Source of the DNA: a virus
Taxonomy: Duplodnaviria; Caudoviricetes
IMG/VR virus record: IMGVR_UViG_3300017773_000045
Coordinates: 1-36,311 of that record
DNA: 36,311 bases
Reading direction: 5' to 3' (one strand)
The notes below the pieces were generated by a model. It worked only from the letters and a program-made list of their open reading frames with translations. It did no database searches and was not told the origin of the DNA. The position numbers were made by a program, and so were the translations under genes. Shown piece after piece: positions 9,201-16,720 of this stretch (position 1 is its first letter; each line of letters opens with the position of its first letter).

Positions 9201-11794
9201 ATGTCATCGTCTAACTGAGTAGTAACATCTTCAACACCTCTTGTTTGTACTTCAACTTCTGCTAAATCATTTAACCTTCCGTTTATTTGATTTATTCTAG
9301 CTTTGTTTTTAGCTTGAAACTCTGGCAATACGCCTTCGTTTTCTCTAAGTAAATTATCTTTTTCTAATATAAGATCTGTAGCTTCTTGTCTTTGTATTTT
9401 ACTAAAGTTTATAGGCATTTTAATACCAGCATTTCTTAGTGCTGATAATCTAGCTATTTCATCTTGATATTCTTTTTTCTTAATTATGTTACCGTCAGCA
9501 TCAGAGTATTTCTTTTTTATTTGTTCTTTTAATTCAGCAAAAAACTTTTCTGTTCTAGTTATATTAGACGCAGGCTTTTTAAAATTAAATTCTCTAACAT
9601 AATTTTTAGCTAGATTTATAGGATCTGAAACCTGTGATTTAATACTTCCACCGAAAGGTAAAGCAACACCCATAGAATAACCAGCTAAAGAAGCTTCTAA
9701 TAACTCTTCAGGTTCTACAAATCTTAAAGCATCATTAATACCACCTTCACCTTTAATACCTTTATTAACTTGAGATAATCCAGTTTGAAAAAACTCAGTT
9801 ATCATTTCGTTTCTACCTGATCTATTTAAATTAACAGCGTTTATTTTTACTTTATCTAAATAATGTTTTACACCATCATAATACATTTTATTAACACCGT
9901 TTTTAATGCCTGATTTTTTAAACACGGCTTGAGCAGCTTTTAATTGACCTTTAGCACCAACTCTTTCTAGTAAACTCATAGTACCTGCCATAGCTATATC
10001 TTGAGCTACATTGTCAAACTCACCGCTTTCAATAGCTTTAAGCATATTTTCTTTAGTATCACCACCTGGATATTCATCTGGATTATCTAATATACCTTGC
10101 TTTACAGCATTCATATATTCATCAGCGTAGAAATAACTAGTAGCAGCAACTTGACCCATAGCTCCTACTATACCAGCGGCAACTGGACCAACTCCTGGTA
10201 TCATAGCGGCACCAGTGCCTAGCATAACAGCACCCATCTGTGGTAAAGATTGACCTAAAGCTATTGTTAAATCTGAAAAAGATATACCGTCAGTAAACTT
10301 AGCTTTCTTTGATAATTGTTGAAAACCTTCAAACTCTTCAATTTGATCTATATTTTCTAGTAAACTTTCAGTACCTTGCATTTTGTTTGATCCGGCTTGT
10401 AGTTCAAGACCAAATATAGTTCCTGTTTTTGATATAGGAGCGTAAGAAGGTCCAAGTGGATTTGTTATTTCTATAGTAACTTCATCATCGTCTTTTCCTC
10501 CTTTGTCTCTAAGGTCTTGAAGTTTAGCAAGAGCTTCTTTATTAGCTTTAATCTGCATGCCATCTACTTGAGCTCCAATAGTATTACCCATATCGAATGT
10601 AAAGTCTGCAACGTTAACAGCTAGACTTTCCGCAAAGTCTATACTTCCTGAAAGAAAACTATTTGTTATGCCAAATGGATTTAAAAACATTTGATTAGGA
10701 AGTGGATCTATATAAGATTTTATTTTATCAAAAAAACTATAAAAATCACTCTTACTTCTACCCATAGCTACCTGCTTGTTGCCAAGTTCTTGCTCTATTA
10801 ATTCAGCTATTTTATTACTTTGAACATTTACAGCATTGTCTTGTTGCATTGCTTGTTCTATTAAATTAGCGTAATAAGTATTAACAACCTGTTGCATAGC
10901 ATTAACGCCTGCTTGAGTACTAGTATCATAAATACCTTTATCTACAAGATCGTTCATGTAAGCTTCAACATTAGGAAGATACATTTTTTTGTATTCTTCT
11001 AATCTAGCTTTTATTATAGGATCATTTTGTCTCATAGAAATATAAGATTCAGTAGCTTTTTCTTCTAGTTCTTCGTTTGTTTGTATAGCGTTTGTTTTAC
11101 CAAAAACCATTTCTTCATTACCAACTGGGCCTATAATTTCTTCAACTTGATTTCGTTTATTTGTCATCAAGTACTCGTTCTCAACTAATTCTGGTTTTTC
11201 TTCTATTGCTTCAGCAAGTAATCCTTGAGGTTCTGTATAACCAGAAACTCCTGGATATGTTTGCTGCTCTTGAAACTTAGGTAAAGGCTCTTCGTTTACT
11301 AATTTTAATTTATCAGCTTGAGATACGCCTTGCACGTTCATTATCTCTTGTATCTTTTTATTATAACTAGCGATACTATTGTCATACCCTGCAGCTTTTA
11401 AAGCTTCAAGTTCTTCTTTATTTATAGGGTTAAAATCAGGACCTGCAATATTTTGAACTTCAAAATTACCTGACACTGCAGGCTGCCCCATAACCATTTG
11501 TCCTTTTGGGCTTTCATAATTTACATTTGCAGGATCGTATTTAGCTGGATTCATTATTGAGTCAGCAAACCTGTCTTGCTCTTGAATAGACAAAAGCCTA
11601 TCACCTGTAGGTTCACTAGATTCATCTATAGTTTCTTCAACAATTTCAGCTTGCAGAATAGGAACTCCGTTCTCGTCAACTTCTACTATCTTGCCTTTAT
11701 TAGCGGCTAGTAGAGCTTCAAAAGTTATACCTCTTCTTTGAGCTTCAGCTTCTAGTTGTTCTCTAGTTATCTTTACGCCTTCTATTTCGTACAT
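3254..11794 (-). CDS. Giant (2846 aa) putative internal virion / DNA-ejection polyvalent protein with HExxH zincin motif and HAD phosphatase domain
   Basis: Last and largest of three ORFs after the tail genes, the podovirus ejection-protein position. Helical/coiled-coil composition. Gly/Ala hydrophobic segment near 10130-10270. MHEILH at 8999-9016. VFDFDDTL...VLTAR...FADDAIQNV at about 5270-5750. Confidence 0.75.
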   Translation of the reverse strand: MYEIEGVKITREQLEAEAQRRGITFEALLAANKGKIVEVDENGVPILQAEIVEETIDESSEPTGDRLLSIQEQDRFADSIMNPAKYDPANVNYESPKGQMVMGQPAVSGNFEVQNIAGPDFNPINKEELEALKAAGYDNSIASYNKKIQEIMNVQGVSQADKLKLVNEEPLPKFQEQQTYPGVSGYTEPQGLLAEAIEEKPELVENEYLMTNKRNQVEEIIGPVGNEEMVFGKTNAIQTNEELEEKATESYISMRQNDPIIKARLEEYKKMYLPNVEAYMNDLVDKGIYDTSTQAGVNAMQQVVNTYYANLIEQAMQQDNAVNVQSNKIAELIEQELGNKQVAMGRSKSDFYSFFDKIKSYIDPLPNQMFLNPFGITNSFLSGSIDFAESLAVNVADFTFDMGNTIGAQVDGMQIKANKEALAKLQDLRDKGGKDDDEVTIEITNPLGPSYAPISKTGTIFGLELQAGSNKMQGTESLLENIDQIEEFEGFQQLSKKAKFTDGISFSDLTIALGQSLPQMGAVMLGTGAAMIPGVGPVAAGIVGAMGQVAATSYFYADEYMNAVKQGILDNPDEYPGGDTKENMLKAIESGEFDNVAQDIAMAGTMSLLERVGAKGQLKAAQAVFKKSGIKNGVNKMYYDGVKHYLDKVKINAVNLNRSGRNEMITEFFQTGLSQVNKGIKGEGGINDALRFVEPEELLEASLAGYSMGVALPFGGSIKSQVSDPINLAKNYVREFNFKKPASNITRTEKFFAELKEQIKKKYSDADGNIIKKKEYQDEIARLSALRNAGIKMPINFSKIQRQEATDLILEKDNLLRENEGVLPEFQAKNKARINQINGRLNDLAEVEVQTRGVEDVTTQLDDDIVDTFLTFDTSKELQEWLESKGVKDAKKRSQQRGLELEIDGVEYAIQNNETNSGKKSTFFSGMHEILHKFLKNTLKTNPEVVFPIAKILKKRLVELQKDPRVDERYLDALNNTLQKYKDDESVTSREEAEEVITLFSEFANKGVIPFESKRFQGFRDATRRVMQELPGAKNLKFENELDVFNFIKDYNKSIRKGRFTRAQVRAAREGIDIGKDIQKVADAQEKTAKPSDRDLKRQKEAKDIVIDEIIENKNTDDEGVQTELAYQFYDDVLRYIKSGRFKINGVPVIENPKIAGVIDEDGFRTEGAVTIEDLAMDIITSDRGVKGIVADYFKKPVNERGTLGQFVGGGKFDLYRATEIAAKTLGMQSQEIQQETTEDFSKAEKPSLRKSMLDLSEEIEQQEDVEALATDMAEVSSKILSGKLKAPTSKDFIQDLQKQSSDLAFQRVKKLMGKPKSEQYTKFIEDYALAILNKTAQTTLNKRFNKLTEPVIDPETGKQVRILTDESRAEGSRVKNPYAGNPKRQLKPDLDVQDMLEYFTPEQGRRDAKQNTLAEVAAFEFVVDAMPEALKTKLDDGTTIAERRAELFGEDVVNAEIAYIARELGRGVDYKAAFNIVLPAELEPEFNAVKDEITKAAQEYGIGIDEEYTEGFSQAIEGVDPRITTALVDLMFTENPDLATGGEFVKGSIESLEAAGFPEVAAEIKKRNLIAVSNKKGIRVINEAPAKNLNKLAQTITSSLLDNRLVKAWNKTLEFVGYSNRLLNAAKETLNKITGQKEQGPFYVDRLKAQGSSYTNESQVKDIVTSDIKPMNKSFGYMQKLSKKVFSTVSLESKLAMVEKERNIIEAAGIANKKVLSKLVLAMQKDLASGKRITKSQVYQFFQLQTGVVKGLRALTSLDYLYLIEGNQWIEGKKKPDVPSFLQLTEEEQQAKIQEFVDEFPEFKDRYDIRLEEKLNAIDKKTGEKKYTFEEARARAAFDPSLSAYRDLKTKGEHLVPNSVTMLELFDGVIRNNLDQAKLDQILAGHGQFFGPNYVMDLLDTKGIEGGKKTGLTSQEGIFRLSKFLKNRPDISNNIYAPNGNKAFQEIVNTEIFFKASEDLNNSIKEAKDIDIDMLKALDVIQFDEAPSMNQVLQKAKIIDDALKIARNVNAPIKKIRVFDFDDTLATSNNIVLATSPDGAVTELNAEEFAERGADLKNQGYTMDFSDFNRVTDGGRGPLFKVAEKIRNARGNEDLFVLTARAPESQGAIYDFLKSQGLEFKKENIVGLGNSTGEAKANWVISKAAEGYNDFYFADDAIQNVNAVRKALEVIDVKSQVQQAKMKFAKNVDVDFNKIIEQKTGIAAEKEFSEAKAQVRGANKNKFQFFIPYSAEDFQGLIYPLLSKGSLGDAQMAWFKTHLSDPYARAMENLSQDRLNLMNDFKTLKNKLDVPKDLQKETESGFSNEQAVRVYLWNKQGLEIPGLTKTDTKELVKQVETDLTLHEFADQIATINKDPYTKPDKSWLAGSITSDLLRGLREVKRPKYLEEWQQNADLIFSEKNLNKLEAAYGPKYREAMENILKRMKSGSNRVGEASRLGGTILNYINGSNAAIMFFNTRSAVLQTISSINFLNWNFNNPLKAGQALANQPQYWKDFMTLMNSDFLRDRRNGLRININESEIADAAKTSKNKAKAAMAYILEKGYLPTQYADSFAIATGGATFYRNRIKDLVKNQDMSEAEAEKQAMREFREISEENQQSSRPDKISQQQASDAGRLILMFANTPMQYARLQKRAFQDLAAGRGDSKTNVSKLIYYGVVQNIIFNSLQQAMFAIGFGDDEEKDEKRVTRTLNGMLDSLLRGLGIAGATTSVVKNFLLDVYERSGRSRPEYVDAVYKLLQISPPVSSKISKVRQAAYQFDSKKRREEIMDQGFSIKSPAFMAFAKIVSATANIPLDRVLQKLDNIEGALGEEAEVWQRIAMLAGWPKWDIQPSAKKTENKKIKIRKRRR

Positions 11795-11798
11795 ATTA

Positions 11799-13640
11799 CT
11801 AACCTTCTAGTTTGTTTAATGATCCTTGTATTAAAGCCTGCTGATAAATTTCATATTCTAGTTCCATAAATTCTTTTTGAGCCATAGATCTAGCTATAGG
11901 ATCCATGCCAGCAGCTTCAATATCAGCTTGAGCAGCTATTAACTTTGGATTAGTTTTAAGAAACATTTTTCCTGCCTCGTTAAGTGGATGTTTATCTTTC
12001 CAATTGTTGTAAGCTTTTTGATCTTTAAAAGCAAAATTAGTAGGAACGTTGTTCTCGCTCGCTGTTTTACTTAGTTCTACTTGTCTTTTACTATACATTT
12101 CTGGATATAACCTTTTAAACATTGCTATAACTTCATTGTTGTCTTTGTTATTACCACCTGCAGCTCTTTGTAAATCTTGAGCTAGTACAGCTTGCTGAGC
12201 AGGATCTTTCATGTCAAACGATTCAATTACTTTGTAAACTGGTTTTCCAACTGCTTCTCCAGTTGCTTTATTTTCAGGTTGATAATCTTCTGTCTCTATA
12301 AATACCTTGTCACCTACGACTCTAACATTATCAATGTTAAAAGTCTTTCCACCGCTAGTAATACTGTGGTTTAGTAATAAGTTTTTATTTTGTAATGGAT
12401 TTTCAAAGAAAGATATTGTATCGTTTATAGTGTCCATATAATATGGTTCACCTGTTTTTTCGTTTTTAGTATTAGGTGTTAATACTTCTTCTTTAACAAA
12501 CTTAACAACGTTATCCATAGTAGCATTATCATTGTAAAACTTAGTTCCTAAATAAGAACTCATAATAGCGTTTTGGTTTTTATTTAACTCTGCTATTTGG
12601 TCTTCGTCCATGTCTTCAGTAAACTCATGCCAACCATCTTTAAACATGTTAGGATCTAGGTTTAATTTTGCAGCTATAGCACCTATACTATTAGGCGGCT
12701 CCCATTGTTGAGTGTCTTCGTTAAACTCTCCATCAGGTATTTCATCTTGCCAAACTCTTTTCATCAAGTTATCGTTGTTAATTAAATTAGCAACAGCTGG
12801 ACTATTTGTAAGTTTTTCAATAGCTCCATCTCTTTTGTCAGGTACTATAGTTCTATATGTATATACTTTACCGGCTTCTAAATTATTCATTGGCTTGCCA
12901 GTTATAGGATTATTATCTCCTTTTACAAAAGTTTCGTAAGTAACAAAATCACTGTCGTTACTATCTGGTTCTACTTCTGCATTAAATATTTTATTACCTG
13001 TTTCACCTAAGTTAGGTTTTGTTTGGTACATGTTTTGCCCTTGGTTTTCCATTGTCAAAAGCTCATTACCGTTTACCATAGCCTCTGGCTCGCCGTTTTC
13101 TGCTGGTGCAAAAAAGTATAATTGACCGCCACGCTCTACTATGCCTATATTACCGCCATCACCAGCGCGCTTTAAAAAGCTTTTATTTTCAATAGAACCT
13201 ACTGAAGACACATTACCATTAGCAGCATCCTCTTTAAATGCGGTTGCTTGTGCTCCTATAATCTGCACTTGTCTCTTGAACTGAGGAACTAATCCCATTA
13301 TTTTAGCTAAACCTCTATTACCTTCTTGCTTAGTAATAGTACCATCTTGCATAGCATTTTTAATCTTAAAATAATTATCTACTTGTTCATTCCAGAAAAC
13401 TTGTATGTTTTCATCTAACACTCTATTACCAGTAGTACCAAGCTCATTTAGTTTTGATCTTAATTGAAAGCCTGTTTGTTGATCTATTTGCTCTAGTTCT
13501 TTAGTGTATTTCTTTTGCTCTGCTATATGCTTTTGCATTGTAGCCATATCAGGCGCTATGCTTTTAGTAATATTATTACCACCAGCAACAAAAGCGTCAA
13601 ACTGTTTATTTATTATTCTTTGTGGATTAGTAAAACTCAT
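11799..13640 (-). CDS. Putative internal virion (ejection) protein, 613 aa
   Basis: Long intact ORF between the small Ala-rich and giant ejection candidates. Function assigned by synteny only. Confidence 0.55.
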   Translation of the reverse strand: MSFTNPQRIINKQFDAFVAGGNNITKSIAPDMATMQKHIAEQKKYTKELEQIDQQTGFQLRSKLNELGTTGNRVLDENIQVFWNEQVDNYFKIKNAMQDGTITKQEGNRGLAKIMGLVPQFKRQVQIIGAQATAFKEDAANGNVSSVGSIENKSFLKRAGDGGNIGIVERGGQLYFFAPAENGEPEAMVNGNELLTMENQGQNMYQTKPNLGETGNKIFNAEVEPDSNDSDFVTYETFVKGDNNPITGKPMNNLEAGKVYTYRTIVPDKRDGAIEKLTNSPAVANLINNDNLMKRVWQDEIPDGEFNEDTQQWEPPNSIGAIAAKLNLDPNMFKDGWHEFTEDMDEDQIAELNKNQNAIMSSYLGTKFYNDNATMDNVVKFVKEEVLTPNTKNEKTGEPYYMDTINDTISFFENPLQNKNLLLNHSITSGGKTFNIDNVRVVGDKVFIETEDYQPENKATGEAVGKPVYKVIESFDMKDPAQQAVLAQDLQRAAGGNNKDNNEVIAMFKRLYPEMYSKRQVELSKTASENNVPTNFAFKDQKAYNNWKDKHPLNEAGKMFLKTNPKLIAAQADIEAAGMDPIARSMAQKEFMELEYEIYQQALIQGSLNKLEG

Positions 13641-13642
13641 AT

Positions 13643-14332
13643 TTATCCGGCTTTATCGGCTTTTACACCTCCTATTATACTTCCTGCTCCTGACACAGCA
13701 GCATTACCTATACCCATGATCGCAGCGCTTCTAGCAGCCATTTGATCTTGTTCGTTTTGAGCAGCGTTGTCTAACAACTTAGCTGTTCTGTCCATTTTAG
13801 CTTCATGAAAATTAATAGCATCTTTCTGCTCCATTTCATTACCTCTAGCTTTCATTTCATCTAGTCTTTGAGCACCTTCAGCTTTTAATCTCTGAACATT
13901 AGCCTCACCTTCAGCGGCTTTAGCTTTGTTTTGTGTTTCTTGAGCATTAATACTAGCAGCTATACCTCTCTTACTTTCTAGTGCAGCTTGAGCTAAAGCT
14001 GTTGCTCCACCAGCAGCTTGGCCTGTTTCCATCATAGCGTCTAAACTATTTGCTAGAGCTTGATCAGCTTGTTCAGCTTGCATTTTAAAAGCTTCAGTAG
14101 CTACAGTTAAATTAGCGTAAGGATTATCTAAGTTAGCAAACTGGTTAGTCATGTTTTCATAAGGATTTTTAAAAGCAGGTCTATCTTCTACTAAAGCATC
14201 TAACGCAGCTTGTTCTGCATCTTTTATTTCTGCTTGATCAGCGGCTGCATCTTTAGCTTTTTTAGCTGCTATAGCGTTTGTTGTAATTCCTGCTATTGTC
14301 CCAGCAATAGCTATGCCAGTCATAACTCCCAT
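13643..14332 (-). CDS. Putative small ejection / DNA-transfer protein (T7 gp14 / P22 gp7-like role), 229 aa
   Basis: Gly/Ala-rich hydrophobic N- and C-termini, Ala/Gln-rich coiled-coil core (GQAAGGATALAQAA), located downstream of the tail genes. Confidence 0.65.
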   Translation of the reverse strand: MGVMTGIAIAGTIAGITTNAIAAKKAKDAAADQAEIKDAEQAALDALVEDRPAFKNPYENMTNQFANLDNPYANLTVATEAFKMQAEQADQALANSLDAMMETGQAAGGATALAQAALESKRGIAASINAQETQNKAKAAEGEANVQRLKAEGAQRLDEMKARGNEMEQKDAINFHEAKMDRTAKLLDNAAQNEQDQMAARSAAIMGIGNAAVSGAGSIIGGVKADKAG

Positions 14333-14334
14333 AT

Positions 14335-14742
14335 TTATTGTTTTAAATTTTTAACTATCTCGTAAGAAGGCTTTTCATCTACTTGCCAACCTAATTCTTT
14401 ATGCTTATTAATTAATTTTTTATTTCTACCAATAGTAAACATATATTTTTTATCTGCGTTTAGCACTATAGCTTCAGCTCCCATTATTAATGCTGTTATA
14501 GCTGCATCTCTGTCAGGTTCTCTGTAATCTGGATTAGATATAATCCATTCAAGTAAAACTGCCTTAGAGTTTGTCATATACAAAAAGCCAGCAACAATAG
14601 GCGTGCCATCTTTTGATTGTACCATTAGCCCACCAGTACCATTTTCTGGTAAAAAATCTTTTTCAATAGGTGGCCAGTCCCAAGCTTTCCACCATTTTTC
14701 TAAAGCCTCATAATCAGCTTCTGTTAATTTTCTTATATTCAT
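14335..14742 (-). CDS. GNAT-fold acetyltransferase-like virion assembly protein
   Basis: MNIRKLTEADY start, VAGFLY strand, LEWIISNPDYR motif-A-like segment, terminal HKELGW. Position is equivalent to T7 gp13. Confidence 0.65.
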   Translation of the reverse strand: MNIRKLTEADYEALEKWWKAWDWPPIEKDFLPENGTGGLMVQSKDGTPIVAGFLYMTNSKAVLLEWIISNPDYREPDRDAAITALIMGAEAIVLNADKKYMFTIGRNKKLINKHKELGWQVDEKPSYEIVKNLKQ

Positions 14743-14753
14743 ATTAAATTAAA

Positions 14754-16682
14754 TTATCTTGAAGATACATTGTAGTTAACACCTATTGAGTATAATTCTT
14801 TCATACCACCTGGATCTGTGTTAGTATCAGTAGAAAAAGTTATATCTAAATAATAACCTTTTAAACCGCTAATACTATCACCAAATATAACTTCCCCTGG
14901 TGCTTGTGTTGAATTATTAATAAAGTTTGCTACGTATCTATTTTCTTTTCTATCAAAACCACCTCTTAATAAAGGTGTGTTTACTGGATTAGCTGATGTT
15001 CCTGTATTACCTAGACCATCATAAGCTCCTTCTACATAACTGTTAATGATCTTAGCATTATCATCACTGAAACTAAAACCACCTGATAAAGCGCCACCGG
15101 TTGTTCTGTTTATATTTTTACCTGTTTGATCAGAAGTTATCACACTAGCTTTCCAGCCACTATCACCTTCATAGTCTATTGTTAAAAAGTTTTTCTGTAA
15201 TGAAGGTTGAGAGTTTGCTACTATTGAAACTGTAGAAGCATTACTAGTGCCATAAAAAGTTCCATGAGAACTTGATGTTTCATAATGAGTATATAAACCC
15301 GTTAATTGATTAGTACCTTGCGATGTATAATCACCCGGCGCATATGGCTGATTATTGAGTGTTAACATTTGATTTTTTAAACTACCTATTGCCCCTGGCA
15401 TATAGCTATAAAAACTTGGCCAACCATTTACACTGTCATCAAAGCCTAAAGTAAAAAATGTAGTGTCACGCATTGGTAAAGCATTGGATCCACTACTAGG
15501 ATCACCTGTTCTAGCGCTATTGTACTGTAAAGAAACAATATATTGTTTATTATAAGCATCCCAACCACCATAAGCTCTACTTCTATATGGAGCTATTAAT
15601 TTTAATCTACCATTAGACCCTGCATTCATAAAAGTAGTACCGTCTAATATTTTATCTGTAAATAAAACTCTATTAGTACTAATAGTCCCATAACCTAACA
15701 CAGTAGCTGTAGTATCTGTATAAGTAGCACCAGAATCATTAGACCAAAATATTTTAGAACCTGGTATTACTTGAGATTTATTTAAATCAGGTGTTGCATT
15801 TAATGAAAAATAACTTACATCATTGCCTTGAGAGGTATTTATTGATGTTATATTTAAATCTTGAGTATATTCATTCGTGTAGTTATCATTTAAAGTAGCT
15901 AAATTATCTCTAAAAAAGTCTCGCATACCATATTCTGATATTTCAGTTATGCCATTACCAGACAATCTTAACACTGCGTTTCTATTTCTATCAACAAAAT
16001 ATTTTCTAAAAGCATATACCGCAAAAGACTCGGGATTTTTACTTATACCATACTCACCAGCATAAGGTATTATTTCTCCTAAAACTTGATTAGTAGTAGT
16101 TACACTACCGCCACCTTCAGCATTGTATATAGCATTTTTATCTATTAAAGCTCTACTACATTTATTCTCCTGCAAAACAACTACGTCATTTTCATCAGCA
16201 TATATTTTTTGTATAGAACCGTACTGAGGATTAGTTGATCTAGTGATATTAGTTCCTACTGGAAATTCATTTGTTCTATTTATACCTGTTCTAGAATTAA
16301 ATATACCTGAGTGTATTAAAGTATTAAACCTATGCTGCTGTAATGGCTCTTCTTCGTCTAAATAAGCTCTAACACCATAAGACATAGAGTTGTTGTTAAA
16401 ACCACCTCTAATAAACATTTCTTCAATATAAAAGTTTTGGGTATTTACAGACTGGGTAGTAGTAACAGTATCAGGTCCATCAGTAATAAAGCCAGGATTA
16501 AATGTAAGCGGTGGTGCAAATACGTTATTAATAGGCCACGTACCTAAATTAGCAGCTGATCCAGTACCGCCTGGTATTGCGTCTGCTGTTCCTATCTGCT
16601 TCACTGGTTGAGGCGTTAAAATTCTTTTATTCCAAATAGAATTATAGTAATCTACTTCTATTAATGGTAGTGTGTTTGCCAT
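14754..16682 (-). CDS. Tail stabilisation / nozzle protein, part 2 (P22 gp10-like family C-terminal region)
   Basis: YGSIQK, YAGEYGISKNPESFAVY, YFVDRNRNAVLRLS..GITEIS.YGM.DFF, GWPSFYSY and FDRKENRY motifs, recalled from crAss-related stabilisation proteins. Confidence 0.7.
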   Translation of the reverse strand: MANTLPLIEVDYYNSIWNKRILTPQPVKQIGTADAIPGGTGSAANLGTWPINNVFAPPLTFNPGFITDGPDTVTTTQSVNTQNFYIEEMFIRGGFNNNSMSYGVRAYLDEEEPLQQHRFNTLIHSGIFNSRTGINRTNEFPVGTNITRSTNPQYGSIQKIYADENDVVVLQENKCSRALIDKNAIYNAEGGGSVTTTNQVLGEIIPYAGEYGISKNPESFAVYAFRKYFVDRNRNAVLRLSGNGITEISEYGMRDFFRDNLATLNDNYTNEYTQDLNITSINTSQGNDVSYFSLNATPDLNKSQVIPGSKIFWSNDSGATYTDTTATVLGYGTISTNRVLFTDKILDGTTFMNAGSNGRLKLIAPYRSRAYGGWDAYNKQYIVSLQYNSARTGDPSSGSNALPMRDTTFFTLGFDDSVNGWPSFYSYMPGAIGSLKNQMLTLNNQPYAPGDYTSQGTNQLTGLYTHYETSSSHGTFYGTSNASTVSIVANSQPSLQKNFLTIDYEGDSGWKASVITSDQTGKNINRTTGGALSGGFSFSDDNAKIINSYVEGAYDGLGNTGTSANPVNTPLLRGGFDRKENRYVANFINNSTQAPGEVIFGDSISGLKGYYLDITFSTDTNTDPGGMKELYSIGVNYNVSSR

Positions 16683-16686
16683 ATTA

Positions 16687-16697
16687 TATAATCACTT
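16687..16697 (-). promoter_or_regulatory. Candidate late-promoter motif AAGTGATTATA (copy 2)
   Basis: Identical to 23125-23135, intergenic, 4 nt upstream of the 642-aa gene start codon. Confidence 0.4.
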
Positions 16698-16720
16698 ATT
16701 TTATTAACTAATTTACTATA

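Noticed and set aside
3254-11794. Giant protein as a crAss-like virion RNA polymerase
   Set aside because: The only DxD-rich motif is DFDDT in HAD context (followed by TAR and DD motifs), not the DFDxD catalytic loop of two-barrel RNAPs.
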